From the NCBI GenBank assembly GCA_965279515.1, contig CBDIID010000003.1, positions 1,440,001 to 1,504,000 on the forward strand: a DNA stretch of 64,000 bases, given 5' to 3'. This DNA comes from Turneriella sp. (GTDB lineage: Bacteria > Spirochaetota > Leptospiria > Turneriellales > Turneriellaceae). A model generated the notes under the pieces. It did not search any database and was not told the origin of the DNA. It saw nothing but the letters and a program-made list of their open reading frames with translations. A program made the position numbers and the translations under genes. Positions within the stretch are counted from its first letter, which is position 1; the number at the start of each line of letters is the position of its first letter. Positions 29,429 through 39,852 of the stretch are shown here, in pieces.

Positions 29429-30577
29429 TCAGAACAGATTTCTAAACTCGGAAAATACGATCGCCGCGTCGCGCGGCCCAGGAGCAGCCTCGGGATGGTA
29501 CTGCACGCTGAGTATCTTATACCGGTCGCCGATGATACGAAACCCCTCGGCGCTGAGATCGTTGGCGTTGATCTCGAAGCGCGTGCCTGCCCCCGCAACT
29601 TTTTTCAGCGACTCTTCGTCGACGGCGAAGCCGTGGTTCTGCGAAGTGATAATCACCTGCTTGCGGTAATCGGCCTTCACCGGCTGATTGCCACCATGGT
29701 GGCCGAATTTAAGCTTATAGGTTTTTGCACCCAGCGCCAGCGCCAGCATCTGGTGGCCGAGGCAGATACCGAGGCAGGGTTTCCCGGTTTCAATGAGGGT
29801 TCTGATGTTCGCCACACCGTTCGTGACGACTGCCGGGTCGCCAGGTCCATTCGAGAAGAAGAAACCGGCATACGCGGCGGCGTTGAAGGTTTTTTGCTCT
29901 GCAAGTGCGGTATCGCCGGCAAAGACAGTAGGATTAAAACCTTCGGCAATGAGTTCGCGCAGAATATTATACTTGATGCCGAAATCGAGAACGGCAATGG
30001 GTTTCAGCGTTTTGGCATCCACGCCCTTCTGCTTTAAATATGCCGCGACAAAGGCGTTGGCGTCGACAGCATCGAAATCACGCACGAGATTCAGGCCATC
30101 CATTGAGGGTTCGGCGGCGACGCGCGTTGCCAGCGACTTCACATCGTTTTTTTCAGACAGTGCAAATATACCCGCGGTCTGCGCGCCGCCTTCGCGTATC
30201 TTGCGCACCACCGCGCGGGTATCGACGCCGGTAATCCCCGTTATGCCCTGTTTATTCAGAAAGGCAGAGACGGTTTCGGTCGAACGGAAGTTACTGGGGA
30301 TCTCGCAAAGATCGCGCACCACGACGCCCGAAAGCCAGGCCTTTTTCGATTCGAAATCTTCTGCGTTGATGCCATAGTTGCCAAACGAGGGATACGTAAA
30401 ACAAACGATCTGGCCGCGGTAGCTGGGGTCGGAGAGAATTTCCTGGTAGCCTGACATGGCGGTCTGAAAGACCGCCTCGCCCAGGCTGCCCTCTTTGGGT
30501 TGTGCCCCAAAAAGCTGCCCCGGGAAAAAAGTACCATCCGCAAAAACCAGTGCACCCTTAATCAATGCGGATTCCAT
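29429..30577 (-). CDS. carA: Carbamoyl-phosphate synthase small subunit
   Basis: GYQEILSDPSY, SNGPGDP, GICLGHQ, SQNHGF, QYHPEAAPGP. Confidence 0.97.
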   Translation of the reverse strand: MESALIKGALVFADGTFFPGQLFGAQPKEGSLGEAVFQTAMSGYQEILSDPSYRGQIVCFTYPSFGNYGINAEDFESKKAWLSGVVVRDLCEIPSNFRSTETVSAFLNKQGITGITGVDTRAVVRKIREGGAQTAGIFALSEKNDVKSLATRVAAEPSMDGLNLVRDFDAVDANAFVAAYLKQKGVDAKTLKPIAVLDFGIKYNILRELIAEGFNPTVFAGDTALAEQKTFNAAAYAGFFFSNGPGDPAVVTNGVANIRTLIETGKPCLGICLGHQMLALALGAKTYKLKFGHHGGNQPVKADYRKQVIITSQNHGFAVDEESLKKVAGAGTRFEINANDLSAEGFRIIGDRYKILSVQYHPEAAPGPRDAAIVFSEFRNLF

Positions 30578-30615
30578 AGCGCCGTTTTTTAAACTCCAGA
30601 CGCGCGGAAAAGCTG

Positions 30616-31971
30616 TTAGTAAAGCTTCAGTTCACGCGCGAGCTCGAAGATATTGCCGTGTTCTTTCTGGCGCTGTATCAGGTCGTCTTCGGAAAGAATA
30701 CGGCGGACGGCCTCTTCGGGCAGGTTCTGCATCCGCTGGAAGTTTTCCTTATAATACGAGAGCGGCAGCTTTTTGCAGAAGATATGGCTCTGGAAATAGA
30801 AGACCTGGTGCGCGATAAGAAAGCGCATCGTGTCATAGTCATCCACAGCCTCGGCGGTGATGATCGCCTCGCGGTTATCGGCAAGACGTATGCAGTAGTC
30901 GATGAAGGCAAGGTTATCGAGAAATTTCGTCTGGTCTTCTTCGGGCTTGAACTTGAAGCTGATCGGGTCGAGCTTGAACTCCTTGATCATTTCGCCGAGG
31001 TCGAGAATGACCTGGTGGCTCTGGCTTTTGACGCCGAAATCGTCGGCGGCGAAGGTGATGCCGAACTGGAAAAAATAGCGGCAGACATCCTTGAGTTTGA
31101 TCTCTTTTTCTTCATACGGCTTCTCGACCAGCTCGAGCCTGACATTGTGCGAATGCAGTTTCTGCCGCATCAGCAGTTCGTTAAAACGAAACACCTTCTC
31201 TGCCGAAGGAAAGGTATCGATCAGGGTCTGCGGCGAAATATTGAATTTCAGAAGCCCCGGCGCCTCATAACACGCCATGACGATTTTCTCCAGGATCAAT
31301 AATTCGACGCGGTTGATATCCTGATCGGGCGGAATGTCGCGCAGCAGTGCCGCATAACCGGCATAGAGCTCGCCGCCGACAAACACCTCGCCCCCCTTGA
31401 TCGAATACGTTTCTTTTTTTGCGTCGAAATGGATGATCGGCTGTATCACGGCATTGGCTTCGATATTGGCGAAATAGTCGTTGGCGCGGTTGAGGTAAGT
31501 CCAGCTCCAGCGCACGAGATTGTCTTTGAGGTTTTTATGCGCGGCGCGGACCAGCTCGGTAAAAATCTCTTCGGGGTCTGAAATATAATTGCACTGCGTG
31601 CGGCCGATGCCGAAATCAAAACTACCGGGGGTATTTTTCGGCGCTTCGCCGTGGAACTTGCCCATTGCGCCGTCGATGTTCGGCAAAAACCCGGGCGCAT
31701 CGTCGCCCGGCACGATGCCGACATAGAAACGCAATTCATCCCCCAAAACATACATCTGTATGGACTGGTTGTCTTCGCTGTTTACGCGGCGGATAAAATC
31801 GGGGATACGTTTGAGGAATTCGTCGATACGCATACCCTTGAGATTTTCAACGAGCATGAGGAAAAGCGGCTTGCCGCGGTTCTTCTCGATAAAGGTCGCG
31901 CGGAAATTTTTCTCGGCGTCGGCGAAACCAAAATTTTCGACGGTCTTCTGTAGAATCGAACGCAAGGGCAC
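30616..31971 (-). CDS. Degenerate GGDEF-like/EAL domain protein
   Basis: QPI..GGEVF, FNISP, ELVE, DDFG, KLD, AEAVD; N-terminal LGDEL. Confidence 0.75.
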   Translation of the reverse strand: MPLRSILQKTVENFGFADAEKNFRATFIEKNRGKPLFLMLVENLKGMRIDEFLKRIPDFIRRVNSEDNQSIQMYVLGDELRFYVGIVPGDDAPGFLPNIDGAMGKFHGEAPKNTPGSFDFGIGRTQCNYISDPEEIFTELVRAAHKNLKDNLVRWSWTYLNRANDYFANIEANAVIQPIIHFDAKKETYSIKGGEVFVGGELYAGYAALLRDIPPDQDINRVELLILEKIVMACYEAPGLLKFNISPQTLIDTFPSAEKVFRFNELLMRQKLHSHNVRLELVEKPYEEKEIKLKDVCRYFFQFGITFAADDFGVKSQSHQVILDLGEMIKEFKLDPISFKFKPEEDQTKFLDNLAFIDYCIRLADNREAIITAEAVDDYDTMRFLIAHQVFYFQSHIFCKKLPLSYYKENFQRMQNLPEEAVRRILSEDDLIQRQKEHGNIFELARELKLY

Positions 31972-32056
31972 TATGCCTTCGCGGCATTCCCTTGCCCGTG
32001 CGTAAAGGTCATTTTTTTAACTCATGTTTTCGGGCGATCGGCCGATGTGACATAAT

Positions 32057-32638
32057 ATGGGAAAGACCGTGGTCCGTTTTGCGTTACTTCTAATACTTCT
32101 GGCCTCTGCACTCGGTGCGCAGAATACACAGACGCCCGCGCCGCACCCGGTTTCCATGGTCGACGAGATGACACCGCTCGAAAGCGAGCAGGCAGATCTC
32201 GCGCTGAGCCTCGCGCATTCACTGGCGCGCGAAAAAAAATTCCGCGAGGCGCTGCAGGCCTACCAGGAATTTGTCAAAGTTTTTGCGATGAGCCCGCGCC
32301 TGAGGGAAGCGCGCGAAAGCATGGCGCGTATCTACGAACGCCGGCAGCGCTATGACCTTGCTATCCGCCAGTATGAGACACTCTACCGCGAGCTCGGCGT
32401 CGGCGCATTGGGCTTGCTCTACCACCTCGAAGCAGCGCGCCTCCACGAACTGTCGGGCGACGAAGCCGCGGCTGTGGCAATCTACAAAGAACTCAACCAG
32501 ATCGACCCGGGGTCAGAAGCTGCAACCAAGGCACGCGCGCGTATGGAAGCGCTGAACCTGATGCAAAAAACCGGGGATTACATTTCGAAAGAGACGACGG
32601 CGACGGAAGCTAAGAAAGCAGATAACTCCACCCCTTAA
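32057..32638 (+). CDS. Exported TPR protein
   Basis: Signal peptide and TPR-like helical repeats. Confidence 0.8.
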   Translation: MGKTVVRFALLLILLASALGAQNTQTPAPHPVSMVDEMTPLESEQADLALSLAHSLAREKKFREALQAYQEFVKVFAMSPRLREARESMARIYERRQRYDLAIRQYETLYRELGVGALGLLYHLEAARLHELSGDEAAAVAIYKELNQIDPGSEAATKARARMEALNLMQKTGDYISKETTATEAKKADNSTP

Positions 32639-32740
32639 CCCCTTCCCCACTAAGTAGAGAGGGGAAACCCTTTGCGTAGAAACTCAATGAAGAAACCCTC
32701 TCCACGTTAGTGGGGAGGGTGGCCGAAGGCCGGGTGGGGT
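32625..32740. repeat. REP-like doublet between convergent genes
   Basis: CCACCCCTTAACCCCTTCCCCAC-TAA-GTAGAGAGGGGA ... CCCTCTCCAC-GTTA-GTGGGGAGGGT-GGCCGAAGGCC-GGGTGGGGT. Confidence 0.8.
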
Positions 32741-33630
32741 CAGTTCGTAAACAATTCGCCGCAGAAAGTATAGAAGGAATCTTGCTTAATGACCTGGCGC
32801 AGGTCTTCGAGATAGTATTTCTGCTTCGCGGCATCGATATGGTACACCGGGCAGATCAGGCTGAACTGAGCCAGCATTTTGTCCCTGATCTTGGCATCGA
32901 GTTTCACCGTATCGGTATAACCCGCGAGTAAAACGATATATTCTGCGAGAATCACGGGCAACAGCATCGGCTGCGTCGCCTCGATCTGCGCCGGGTCGGT
33001 AATTTTATAGCGCAACACTTCGCTGGCCTGAACGAGGTCGGGTGGAAAATTCCAGGATTTCATGGCAAATGCCGAAGCATCGGCAGAGGTGAATTGCCAC
33101 TTCATGTTCTCGAGCTGGTGGAGTTTCTCTTCGTCGACACCCTCGCCCGACATCTGGAAACAGATGGTATACTCTTCAGAGAACTGGTTCGCGAGAATCG
33201 ACTTGCCAATCTGGCGCAACAGCCCGATCATGAAGATCTCGTCTTTGAGTTTCTCTTTGCCCACCTTCTCAGCAATGATTTTCGCCACGAGCGCAGTCAG
33301 TACCGAACGCATCCACAGCTCTTTCATGATCTTGAAATTCCCTTTTTTGGGGATAATCGATGCAGCAGACACAAGCAGCGAAAGGCCCTTCACGGTTTTG
33401 AATCCCAATAAGGCAATTGCCTGCGACAGGTTTTGGATGCGGTTACCCCGCGCGTAAAAGGCCGAATTCGCCAGCTTCAGGATTTTTGTCGAAAGCGCCA
33501 TGTCGGCCTGGATGATATTTTTAATCTGTTCGGCCGAGACACTGACCTGGCTTTCGTCGATCTGCATGACACGTGCGGCGACCTGCGGCATCGGGGGCAG
33601 CTCTAAGTTTCTGAGTTGGTCGGCGAGCAT
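32740..33630 (-). CDS. HDOD domain protein
   Basis: LPPMPQVA, D.ALSTKILKLANSAFY, AIALLGF, SWNFP. Confidence 0.9.
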   Translation of the reverse strand: MLADQLRNLELPPMPQVAARVMQIDESQVSVSAEQIKNIIQADMALSTKILKLANSAFYARGNRIQNLSQAIALLGFKTVKGLSLLVSAASIIPKKGNFKIMKELWMRSVLTALVAKIIAEKVGKEKLKDEIFMIGLLRQIGKSILANQFSEEYTICFQMSGEGVDEEKLHQLENMKWQFTSADASAFAMKSWNFPPDLVQASEVLRYKITDPAQIEATQPMLLPVILAEYIVLLAGYTDTVKLDAKIRDKMLAQFSLICPVYHIDAAKQKYYLEDLRQVIKQDSFYTFCGELFTN

Positions 33631-33682
33631 CTGTTTCCTGTGGTGCTTTCCTTTTTAATTTGTCAATTGATTCTCTTTAATC

Positions 33683-34396
33683 TCAAGGCGCCGCGTTTTG
33701 TTTAGGCGGGGGATTAACGCTTACACTACCCGTCTTCTCCCAGCTGGCGCGGCCATCGCCCGTCACAGGCATAGGCTTATCCTGCGACACGACAGGTTTC
33801 ACGGCATAGATATCCCATAACGATTTGAGGCGCGCGAGATATTCGCGTGCGCGTGCCTGCCAGGTGTTGTCAAACGAAGACGATTCGGCCGCAAAACCTT
33901 CGGCTTTGATGCCCTGCGATTCGGCGATGAGCAGCGCACGCGGCAGGTAAAGCTCCTGGCTCACGATAATGGCCGTCTTCACGGCAAAGGTTCCGCGCGC
34001 GCGCGCCATGGTATCATACGTACGTACCCCCGCATGGTCGAGAAAGATGTCTTCGGGTTTCACACCATGGCGCAGGCAGTAATCACGCATCGTGTGTACC
34101 TCGTCGTAGAACTTGCGCGTGTTGTCGCCCGAGAGCAAAAGTTTGGGTACAATCTCTTTATTATACAGCTCGATGCCGGCACGCAGCCGGTTGAGCAGTG
34201 TATTCGATGGCGTTTTGTTGGGCAAGACGCTGGCCCCCGGTATGAGGGCCACCTGGGCGGGGTGCGGCAAAGGGGGATTTACCGCCGACCGGAAGATTTT
34301 GTTCTTGCTGCGGCTGGCAATCCACCAGACCGAAGCCGCGGCAACGCCAGCTGTGATAAACGTCAGGAAGAAAGTATATTTTATCAGTCGGCGCAT
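33683..34396 (-). CDS. SanA/YdcF (DUF218) family protein
   Basis: LLLSGDN, YDEVHTM, DHAGVRTYDTM, LPRAL, REYLAR. Confidence 0.88.
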   Translation of the reverse strand: MRRLIKYTFFLTFITAGVAAASVWWIASRSKNKIFRSAVNPPLPHPAQVALIPGASVLPNKTPSNTLLNRLRAGIELYNKEIVPKLLLSGDNTRKFYDEVHTMRDYCLRHGVKPEDIFLDHAGVRTYDTMARARGTFAVKTAIIVSQELYLPRALLIAESQGIKAEGFAAESSSFDNTWQARAREYLARLKSLWDIYAVKPVVSQDKPMPVTGDGRASWEKTGSVSVNPPPKQNAAP

Positions 34397-34519
34397 CGTT
34401 TTAACCGGGGGTATGAATCTGGTTTTTAACAGCCACGCACAGCAAATTGTCAAATGAAAATCACTGTGTCCGCCTTTAATGGTTGACCCACTCTCTCTTT
34501 GCAGCGTCCTCGCCCGCAC

Positions 34520-35524
34520 GTGCGCTATGCCCTGAAGCGATTTCTATTGATGGTGCCGACCTTCATTGGCATCATCACAATTACGTTCTTTCTGACAAAG
34601 CTGCGGCCCGACGCGCTCAGCACAGCAGGCATGGGCCCCGACGGCATGAAAGAGAGCTCGGGTCTCGATGACTTCCAGAAAAAGATGCGCGCCTACTACG
34701 GCCTCGACCAGCCCATGCACGTGCAGTACCTGCGCCTGTGGAAAAATATCCTGACCCTCGATTTTTCAGAGAGCCGCATCGACCACCGGCCGGTCTTGAC
34801 CAAGATCGGCGAAGCGCTGCCGGTCACCCTGTTTTTTAATATCATCACGGTTTTTCTCGTCTATTCGATATCCATTCCCCTTGGGGTCTATATGGCGATA
34901 CACGACAATACGCGGCGGGAGAAGATTCTCGCAACAGGGCTCTACATACTCTATGCCCTGCCCGGCTTCTGGGTGGCGCTGATGCTGCTGAAATATTTTG
35001 GCTCGGCCGAATACCTGGACCTTTTTCCGTTGTCGGGCCTTGTCAGCCCGTATTATGCCAAACTCGCATGGTACCAGAAAATCGGCGATGTCTTATGGCA
35101 CCTGGTGCTACCGCTCACCGTCATGGTCTATGGTTCGTTCGCTTTCCTCGGCCGGTATATGAAATCCTCTTTTCTCGATGCGTTACGCTCCGATTACGTG
35201 CGCACAGCGCGTGCGAAGGGGTTGAAAAATAAAACCGTCATCTATGTGCATGCGCTGCGCAATTCTGTGATTCCGCTGGTGACGCTCCTGGGCGGGCTGT
35301 TGCCCTCACTCATTGGCGGCTCGGTGATACTCGAGCGGATCTTTTCGATACCCGGTATGGGAAAACTGGCTTACGACAGTTTTTATGCGAACGACGACAC
35401 GGTGATCATCGCCATTGTCTCCATTTCGTCGCTGCTGACCATGCTCGGTATTTTCCTTTCTGATATTGCCTACATGCTCGTCGACCCGCGCATCCGCTAC
35501 GGCCAGCAGACTGAAAAGACATGA
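34520..35524 (+). CDS. Oligopeptide ABC transporter permease (OppB/DppB-like)
   Basis: YGLDQP, DYVRTARAKGL, HALRNS, ERIFSIPGMG. Confidence 0.93.
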   Translation: MRYALKRFLLMVPTFIGIITITFFLTKLRPDALSTAGMGPDGMKESSGLDDFQKKMRAYYGLDQPMHVQYLRLWKNILTLDFSESRIDHRPVLTKIGEALPVTLFFNIITVFLVYSISIPLGVYMAIHDNTRREKILATGLYILYALPGFWVALMLLKYFGSAEYLDLFPLSGLVSPYYAKLAWYQKIGDVLWHLVLPLTVMVYGSFAFLGRYMKSSFLDALRSDYVRTARAKGLKNKTVIYVHALRNSVIPLVTLLGGLLPSLIGGSVILERIFSIPGMGKLAYDSFYANDDTVIIAIVSISSLLTMLGIFLSDIAYMLVDPRIRYGQQTEKT

Positions 35525-36492
35525 AGAGCCTGAGTTACTGGTTTTTGGGTGCCTTCATTGTTGTCGGTATTTTCGCACCCTTCATCGCCTCGTCACAACC
35601 TTTGCTGATCTACGATAAAGCCGGCTACGAGCAGAAGACGGGCATCCGTCTCAAACGCTCACCGCTATTCTACACCTTCTTCTACAGCGATGCCCAGGTC
35701 GAAAAGATCGAATACCGGAAACTCGCAGAGAAAGGGGAGATCGGCGCGATCTTCACGCTGATACCCTACTCACCCTACGAGGCCGAACTCGAGAATTACC
35801 TCAAGGGTCCTGAAATCTCGGGTAAACGTTTTAAACATTTCCTCGGTACCGACGAAAACGGACGGGACGTCGCGGCGCGCCTGGTGCGTGGCACGCGCAA
35901 TTCGCTCCTGGTCTCGCTGGTCGCCGTAGGCCTCGCGCTCTTTATCGGCGTGGTCATCGGCGCCGTGGCAGGTTATTTCGGCGGCTGGATAGACAACCTG
36001 ATCAGCCGCTTCATCGAAATCGTCATCTGCTTTCCGAAGCTCATCCTCATCATCGCCGTCATGGCGCTGAAAAAACCCTCGCTGCTGAACCTGATGATTG
36101 TCATCGGCATCACCAGCTGGACAGGCATCGCGCGCCTGATCCGCGGCGAGGTCATGCGTATCCGCAATTATGACTATGTGCAGAGCGCGCGGGCCATGGG
36201 GGCATCGAACTGGCGCATCATCTTTATCCATATTCTGCCCGCGACGGTCGGCCCGCTTTCCGTCACCGCCGCATTCGACGTTGCAGAAGCCGTGCTCACC
36301 GAATCGGCGCTGAGCTTTCTCGGCATCGGCGTGCCGATTCCCGAACCGTCGTGGGGCGATGTGCTCAAAACCGCACAGGACTTTCCCGACATCGCCTGGT
36401 GGATGACCTTATTTCCGGGACTTTTAATCTTTATGACTGTACTCACCTTTAACAATTTAGGAGACCGGTTGCGTTCGCGCTTCAACCGATAA
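35521..36492 (+). CDS. Oligopeptide ABC transporter permease (OppC/DppC-like)
   Basis: HFLGTDENGRD, YVQSARAMGAS, ESALSFLGIG, PSWG. Confidence 0.93.
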   Translation: MKSLSYWFLGAFIVVGIFAPFIASSQPLLIYDKAGYEQKTGIRLKRSPLFYTFFYSDAQVEKIEYRKLAEKGEIGAIFTLIPYSPYEAELENYLKGPEISGKRFKHFLGTDENGRDVAARLVRGTRNSLLVSLVAVGLALFIGVVIGAVAGYFGGWIDNLISRFIEIVICFPKLILIIAVMALKKPSLLNLMIVIGITSWTGIARLIRGEVMRIRNYDYVQSARAMGASNWRIIFIHILPATVGPLSVTAAFDVAEAVLTESALSFLGIGVPIPEPSWGDVLKTAQDFPDIAWWMTLFPGLLIFMTVLTFNNLGDRLRSRFNR

Positions 36493-36495
36493 CAT

Positions 36496-37173
36496 ATGAA
36501 CCTCACCGGCATCGATCAAAATCTCTGGCTGAAAACCTACCCCGCGATTGCGGCAAATGCCCTGCTGCTGCTCTATGCGATCTTCGCCAAACCGCGGCTG
36601 AGGGCATACCTGGTCATCTTCTCGGCCACAACACTGGTGGATATTCTCGTGGCATCGAAGATTTTGCCGATGGGAAACCCGGACGCACAGACGGCGGTGG
36701 AATATATTTTCGTTCTCATCGGCGACCTGCGTTTTATCATTTTGCTGGCGTTTCTGCTCTATGCCCAGAAGAGCATGAGCGATCTCGCCAGCTTCAGCCT
36801 CGACGGTTCGGTACTCAAACCTGCCATCATCTTCGTGATGTTTGATTCGCTGCTGATACGGGCGATAGAATTCGCCAAACCGGAAATTTTTGCCGAGCCG
36901 CGCTACAAGTTTCTAACCTATGAATTAATCTTTTTTGCGCTGACCTTCCTCTGGATCTTCGCCGTCATGCCGCAGAAGAATATCGCCGAACCCGAGCGCA
37001 AATTCTTGAAACGCGCGGCAATCCCCGTATTTATCTTCTATGGCCTGTGGCCGCTCGCTGACATTCTGATACTCAAGGGTATCGACTTCGGTTATGCGCT
37101 GCGTGTGGTCCCCAACCTGACGTATTATTGCGTCTTTCTTTGGTGGGTACACCTCGTTTCCAGGCGTGCCTGA
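36496..37173 (+). CDS. Multi-pass membrane protein
   Basis: About seven hydrophobic segments; 3 bp after permease stop. Confidence 0.75.
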   Translation: MNLTGIDQNLWLKTYPAIAANALLLLYAIFAKPRLRAYLVIFSATTLVDILVASKILPMGNPDAQTAVEYIFVLIGDLRFIILLAFLLYAQKSMSDLASFSLDGSVLKPAIIFVMFDSLLIRAIEFAKPEIFAEPRYKFLTYELIFFALTFLWIFAVMPQKNIAEPERKFLKRAAIPVFIFYGLWPLADILILKGIDFGYALRVVPNLTYYCVFLWWVHLVSRRA

Positions 37174-37212
37174 ATCGGCTTGACGCGGCATAATCGCGCG
37201 TTACGGTCAGGT

Positions 37213-37782
37213 ATGGCAGTCGCTGAGAAGCTGACCAACTATCACGGCCTTCGCGTCACACGCGAAGAATACCTCGATCTCGACGATGATGGAAATAAAT
37301 ATGATATGGTAGATGGAGTACTTATCATGGCACCGGGCGCTGAATTCGAACATGGAAAACAGCAAGCGATGATGGTTCACTTGCTGCGACAATATTTGGA
37401 TACACACCGTTTGGGTGAAATCGCTCTCGAAATTGATATTTTTCTTCCGGACGCGGGTGATGTCTTGCGGCCCGACATCTCATTGATTCTAAATCAAAAT
37501 ATGGGTATCGTCAGGAAACATATCCATGGCGCACCTGATCTCGTGGTTGAGGTGCTTTCCGAAAGCACGCGTAGCCGCGATCTGGGCATCAAGGCAGATC
37601 GCTACCTGAAATGTGGCGTTAAAGAATACTGGATTATTGATCCACAAGCCAAGACAGTGCAGGTTTGGATTAACCGCTTAAATCTGTGGGAGAAACGGGA
37701 AGGGTCAACCCCTGAAAGCGAACTCTTGCCCGGCTTTAGTGTCGCCGCCGACCAACTGTTTTCTTCTTTCCGCGCTGAGTAA
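37213..37782 (+). CDS. Uma2 (DUF820) family endonuclease
   Basis: VLRPDI, GAPDLVVEVLSEST, KEYWIIDP, SELLPGF. Confidence 0.92.
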   Translation: MAVAEKLTNYHGLRVTREEYLDLDDDGNKYDMVDGVLIMAPGAEFEHGKQQAMMVHLLRQYLDTHRLGEIALEIDIFLPDAGDVLRPDISLILNQNMGIVRKHIHGAPDLVVEVLSESTRSRDLGIKADRYLKCGVKEYWIIDPQAKTVQVWINRLNLWEKREGSTPESELLPGFSVAADQLFSSFRAE

Positions 37783-37800
37783 ATCCCCCTGAGTTTGCCC

Positions 37801-38097
37801 ATGGCTATCAGCGTCGCCGAAGTACAAAAAATTGCGGGTCTCTCGAAACTGCGCCTCGAAGGGCCAGAGCTCGAAAAGATGGCGCACGATTTTAACGGCA
37901 TTCTCGACTTTGTCGCACAGATCAAAACCGCCGACACGCAGGGCGCCCCGGCACTGGATCACCCGCTGGGCCACAGCAACGCCGACCGCGAAGACAAACC
38001 GACTGCGTCGATCGACCAGGACGCAATCCGTAAGTTCGCCCCAAAATTTGAGGCGGGCTTTTTCGTCGTGCCGCGCGTTATCGAGACCGAAGGCTAA
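37801..38097 (+). CDS. gatC: Asp/Glu-tRNA amidotransferase subunit C
   Basis: EVQKIAGLSKL, ILDFV, RED, APKFEAGFFVVPRVIE. Confidence 0.88.
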   Translation: MAISVAEVQKIAGLSKLRLEGPELEKMAHDFNGILDFVAQIKTADTQGAPALDHPLGHSNADREDKPTASIDQDAIRKFAPKFEAGFFVVPRVIETEG

Positions 38098-38114
38098 CAC
38101 AGCACCGGAGTCTC

Positions 38115-38720
38115 TTGCAGCACTCCGAAGAATTCTCACTCTACCAGAAGTTCCTGGTCTCAGACCAGAGAGAAAAACTCATCAGCCCCCCAATCTACAC
38201 GACCGCGATCTCGCGCGACGCGCGCGACAATTTAAACGTGCTCGATTTTGGCTGCGGCCACGGTTATGTGGCGATGCTACTGGCGCTCTTGCCCCTCAAC
38301 GGCATACGCGTCTATGCCTGTGACACCGATGAAGAGTGCCTCGACGTGCTGTGGGGCCGCATCGCGCAGCGCGAGGTGAAAAATCTCACCGCATTCCATA
38401 TGCCGAACTATTCGCAGATCTATATACCCGGCTGGTTGCCGCCGATCGACTATGTCTTCGCCTCGTTCAGCATGTCATCGCTCGAGCACCCCGATATCGG
38501 CCTGCCGCAGCTGGTGAAGCAGACGCCACCGGGCACACAGTTCCACTTTGTCGAATGGGATCCGGAAAAGTCGCACACGGCACTGGACGTCTATGTACCG
38601 CGTGCGCGGCGCATCGCCATCGGGGATTTTAAACAGCTGCTCATGTACAGCGGCCTGACGATACAGCACGAAGAGAGCGGCAAGCAGCTCTACTACACGA
38701 TGCGCGCGACGAAGGTATAA
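38115..38720 (+). CDS. Class I SAM-dependent methyltransferase
   Basis: VLDFGCGHG motif I. Confidence 0.8.
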   Translation: MQHSEEFSLYQKFLVSDQREKLISPPIYTTAISRDARDNLNVLDFGCGHGYVAMLLALLPLNGIRVYACDTDEECLDVLWGRIAQREVKNLTAFHMPNYSQIYIPGWLPPIDYVFASFSMSSLEHPDIGLPQLVKQTPPGTQFHFVEWDPEKSHTALDVYVPRARRIAIGDFKQLLMYSGLTIQHEESGKQLYYTMRATKV

Positions 38721-39716
38721 TTAGAACCGGAGCGCGGTGCCGACAGCGGCGCCGACGAGACCCGAGGTAAGGTCGACCTGCGCCTCGACGCCGATATCCA
38801 GAACGATGAGGGAGATCTCGAAGCCGAACATCAGGCGGTGCGTGATAAGGCGCGCGGCCTGACGCTCTGAGATGACGATCGAGCCGTTGCCGGTATAGGT
38901 ACCAACCGCCATATCGCCACTGATGTTGAGGCCCGTGGTGAACTGGCCCACCTGCATGCCGAGCGAGTAGCCCACAAATGGATGGAAAAATTTCAGATCA
39001 TACCAGAAGCGCGCCTCGGGACCAAAGCCGAAATACTGCCATTCTGTGGAAATCGCCGAAGTGACGTTTGTGAGTGCGATATTACCCGAATTGACACTTT
39101 GCCCTGTCTGGGTCAGGCCCAAGCCGCCCGTTGTATAAGAGGCGAACCCAGCCAGGGTGAATCCCGGTTTTAAAAAACCACCCTCAAGAATATGATAACC
39201 CAACCGCGCGCGGTAGGTACCCAACTTGACCGAGCCTGAAGTACCGTTGCCAAAGGTGCCCGAACTCAGCGCAATCGGCACGTTGGGAAAAAATGAAAAG
39301 CGGAGATCCCAGCTGCGGGTGATACCGACGCCGAAATTGAACGAAATATTCGGCGCGGGCAGATAGCTCGGCACATTGCTCTGTATCGATGAATCAACTT
39401 CACTCTTGAGCTGGTTCACCCGGCCGAACGAGACACCGAGGCCAATGCCGACATAGAGCGACGGAAATTTACCGAGATTATCGCGCGCATTGGGCGCAGA
39501 GAGGTGCGAAGCGAAGGCCATCGCCTCGCCGTAATATTTCGAAAAAGAACTCGCAAACTGCGTGTACTTGGCATCAAGGGCATTCGCGTCAGCGAGGTTG
39601 GTGCCAGAAAGACCGCTGAAATTGACGGTGGCTCCCAGGCCCGTTGTGGCCGCTAAGGCGATGGCCATGCTGGCAATCGCTGAAATTCTGTAAGATCGGG
39701 GAAACATCGCAAACAT
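38721..39716 (-). CDS. Outer-membrane/surface protein (Lsa36-like)
   Basis: Signal peptide, Gly/aromatic beta strands, terminal ALRF; family call tentative. Confidence 0.65.
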   Translation of the reverse strand: MFAMFPRSYRISAIASMAIALAATTGLGATVNFSGLSGTNLADANALDAKYTQFASSFSKYYGEAMAFASHLSAPNARDNLGKFPSLYVGIGLGVSFGRVNQLKSEVDSSIQSNVPSYLPAPNISFNFGVGITRSWDLRFSFFPNVPIALSSGTFGNGTSGSVKLGTYRARLGYHILEGGFLKPGFTLAGFASYTTGGLGLTQTGQSVNSGNIALTNVTSAISTEWQYFGFGPEARFWYDLKFFHPFVGYSLGMQVGQFTTGLNISGDMAVGTYTGNGSIVISERQAARLITHRLMFGFEISLIVLDIGVEAQVDLTSGLVGAAVGTALRF

Positions 39717-39764
39717 ATAAGACGCGCCTTCGTTCCTTATATCGACATTGTAAAGCGCATACTC

Positions 39765-39830
39765 AACCCCACCCCGGCCTACGGCCACCCCTCCCCACTA
39801 ACGTGGAGAGGGGCCGTAGGGGGTGGGGTT
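39765..39830. repeat. REP-like composite palindrome
   Basis: AACCCCACCCC-GGCCTACGGCC-ACCCCTCCCCAC-TAAC-GTGGAGAGGGG...GGGGTGGGGTT; near reverse complement of 32696-32740. Confidence 0.85.
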
Positions 39831-39852
39831 AACTTCGCAAATCTCTTGACTC

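Noticed and set aside
29285..31302. Long antisense ORFs (29285..30037, 30658..31302 and similar elsewhere)
   Set aside because: Shadow frames opposite well-supported genes, expected with GC-rich codon usage; no motifs.
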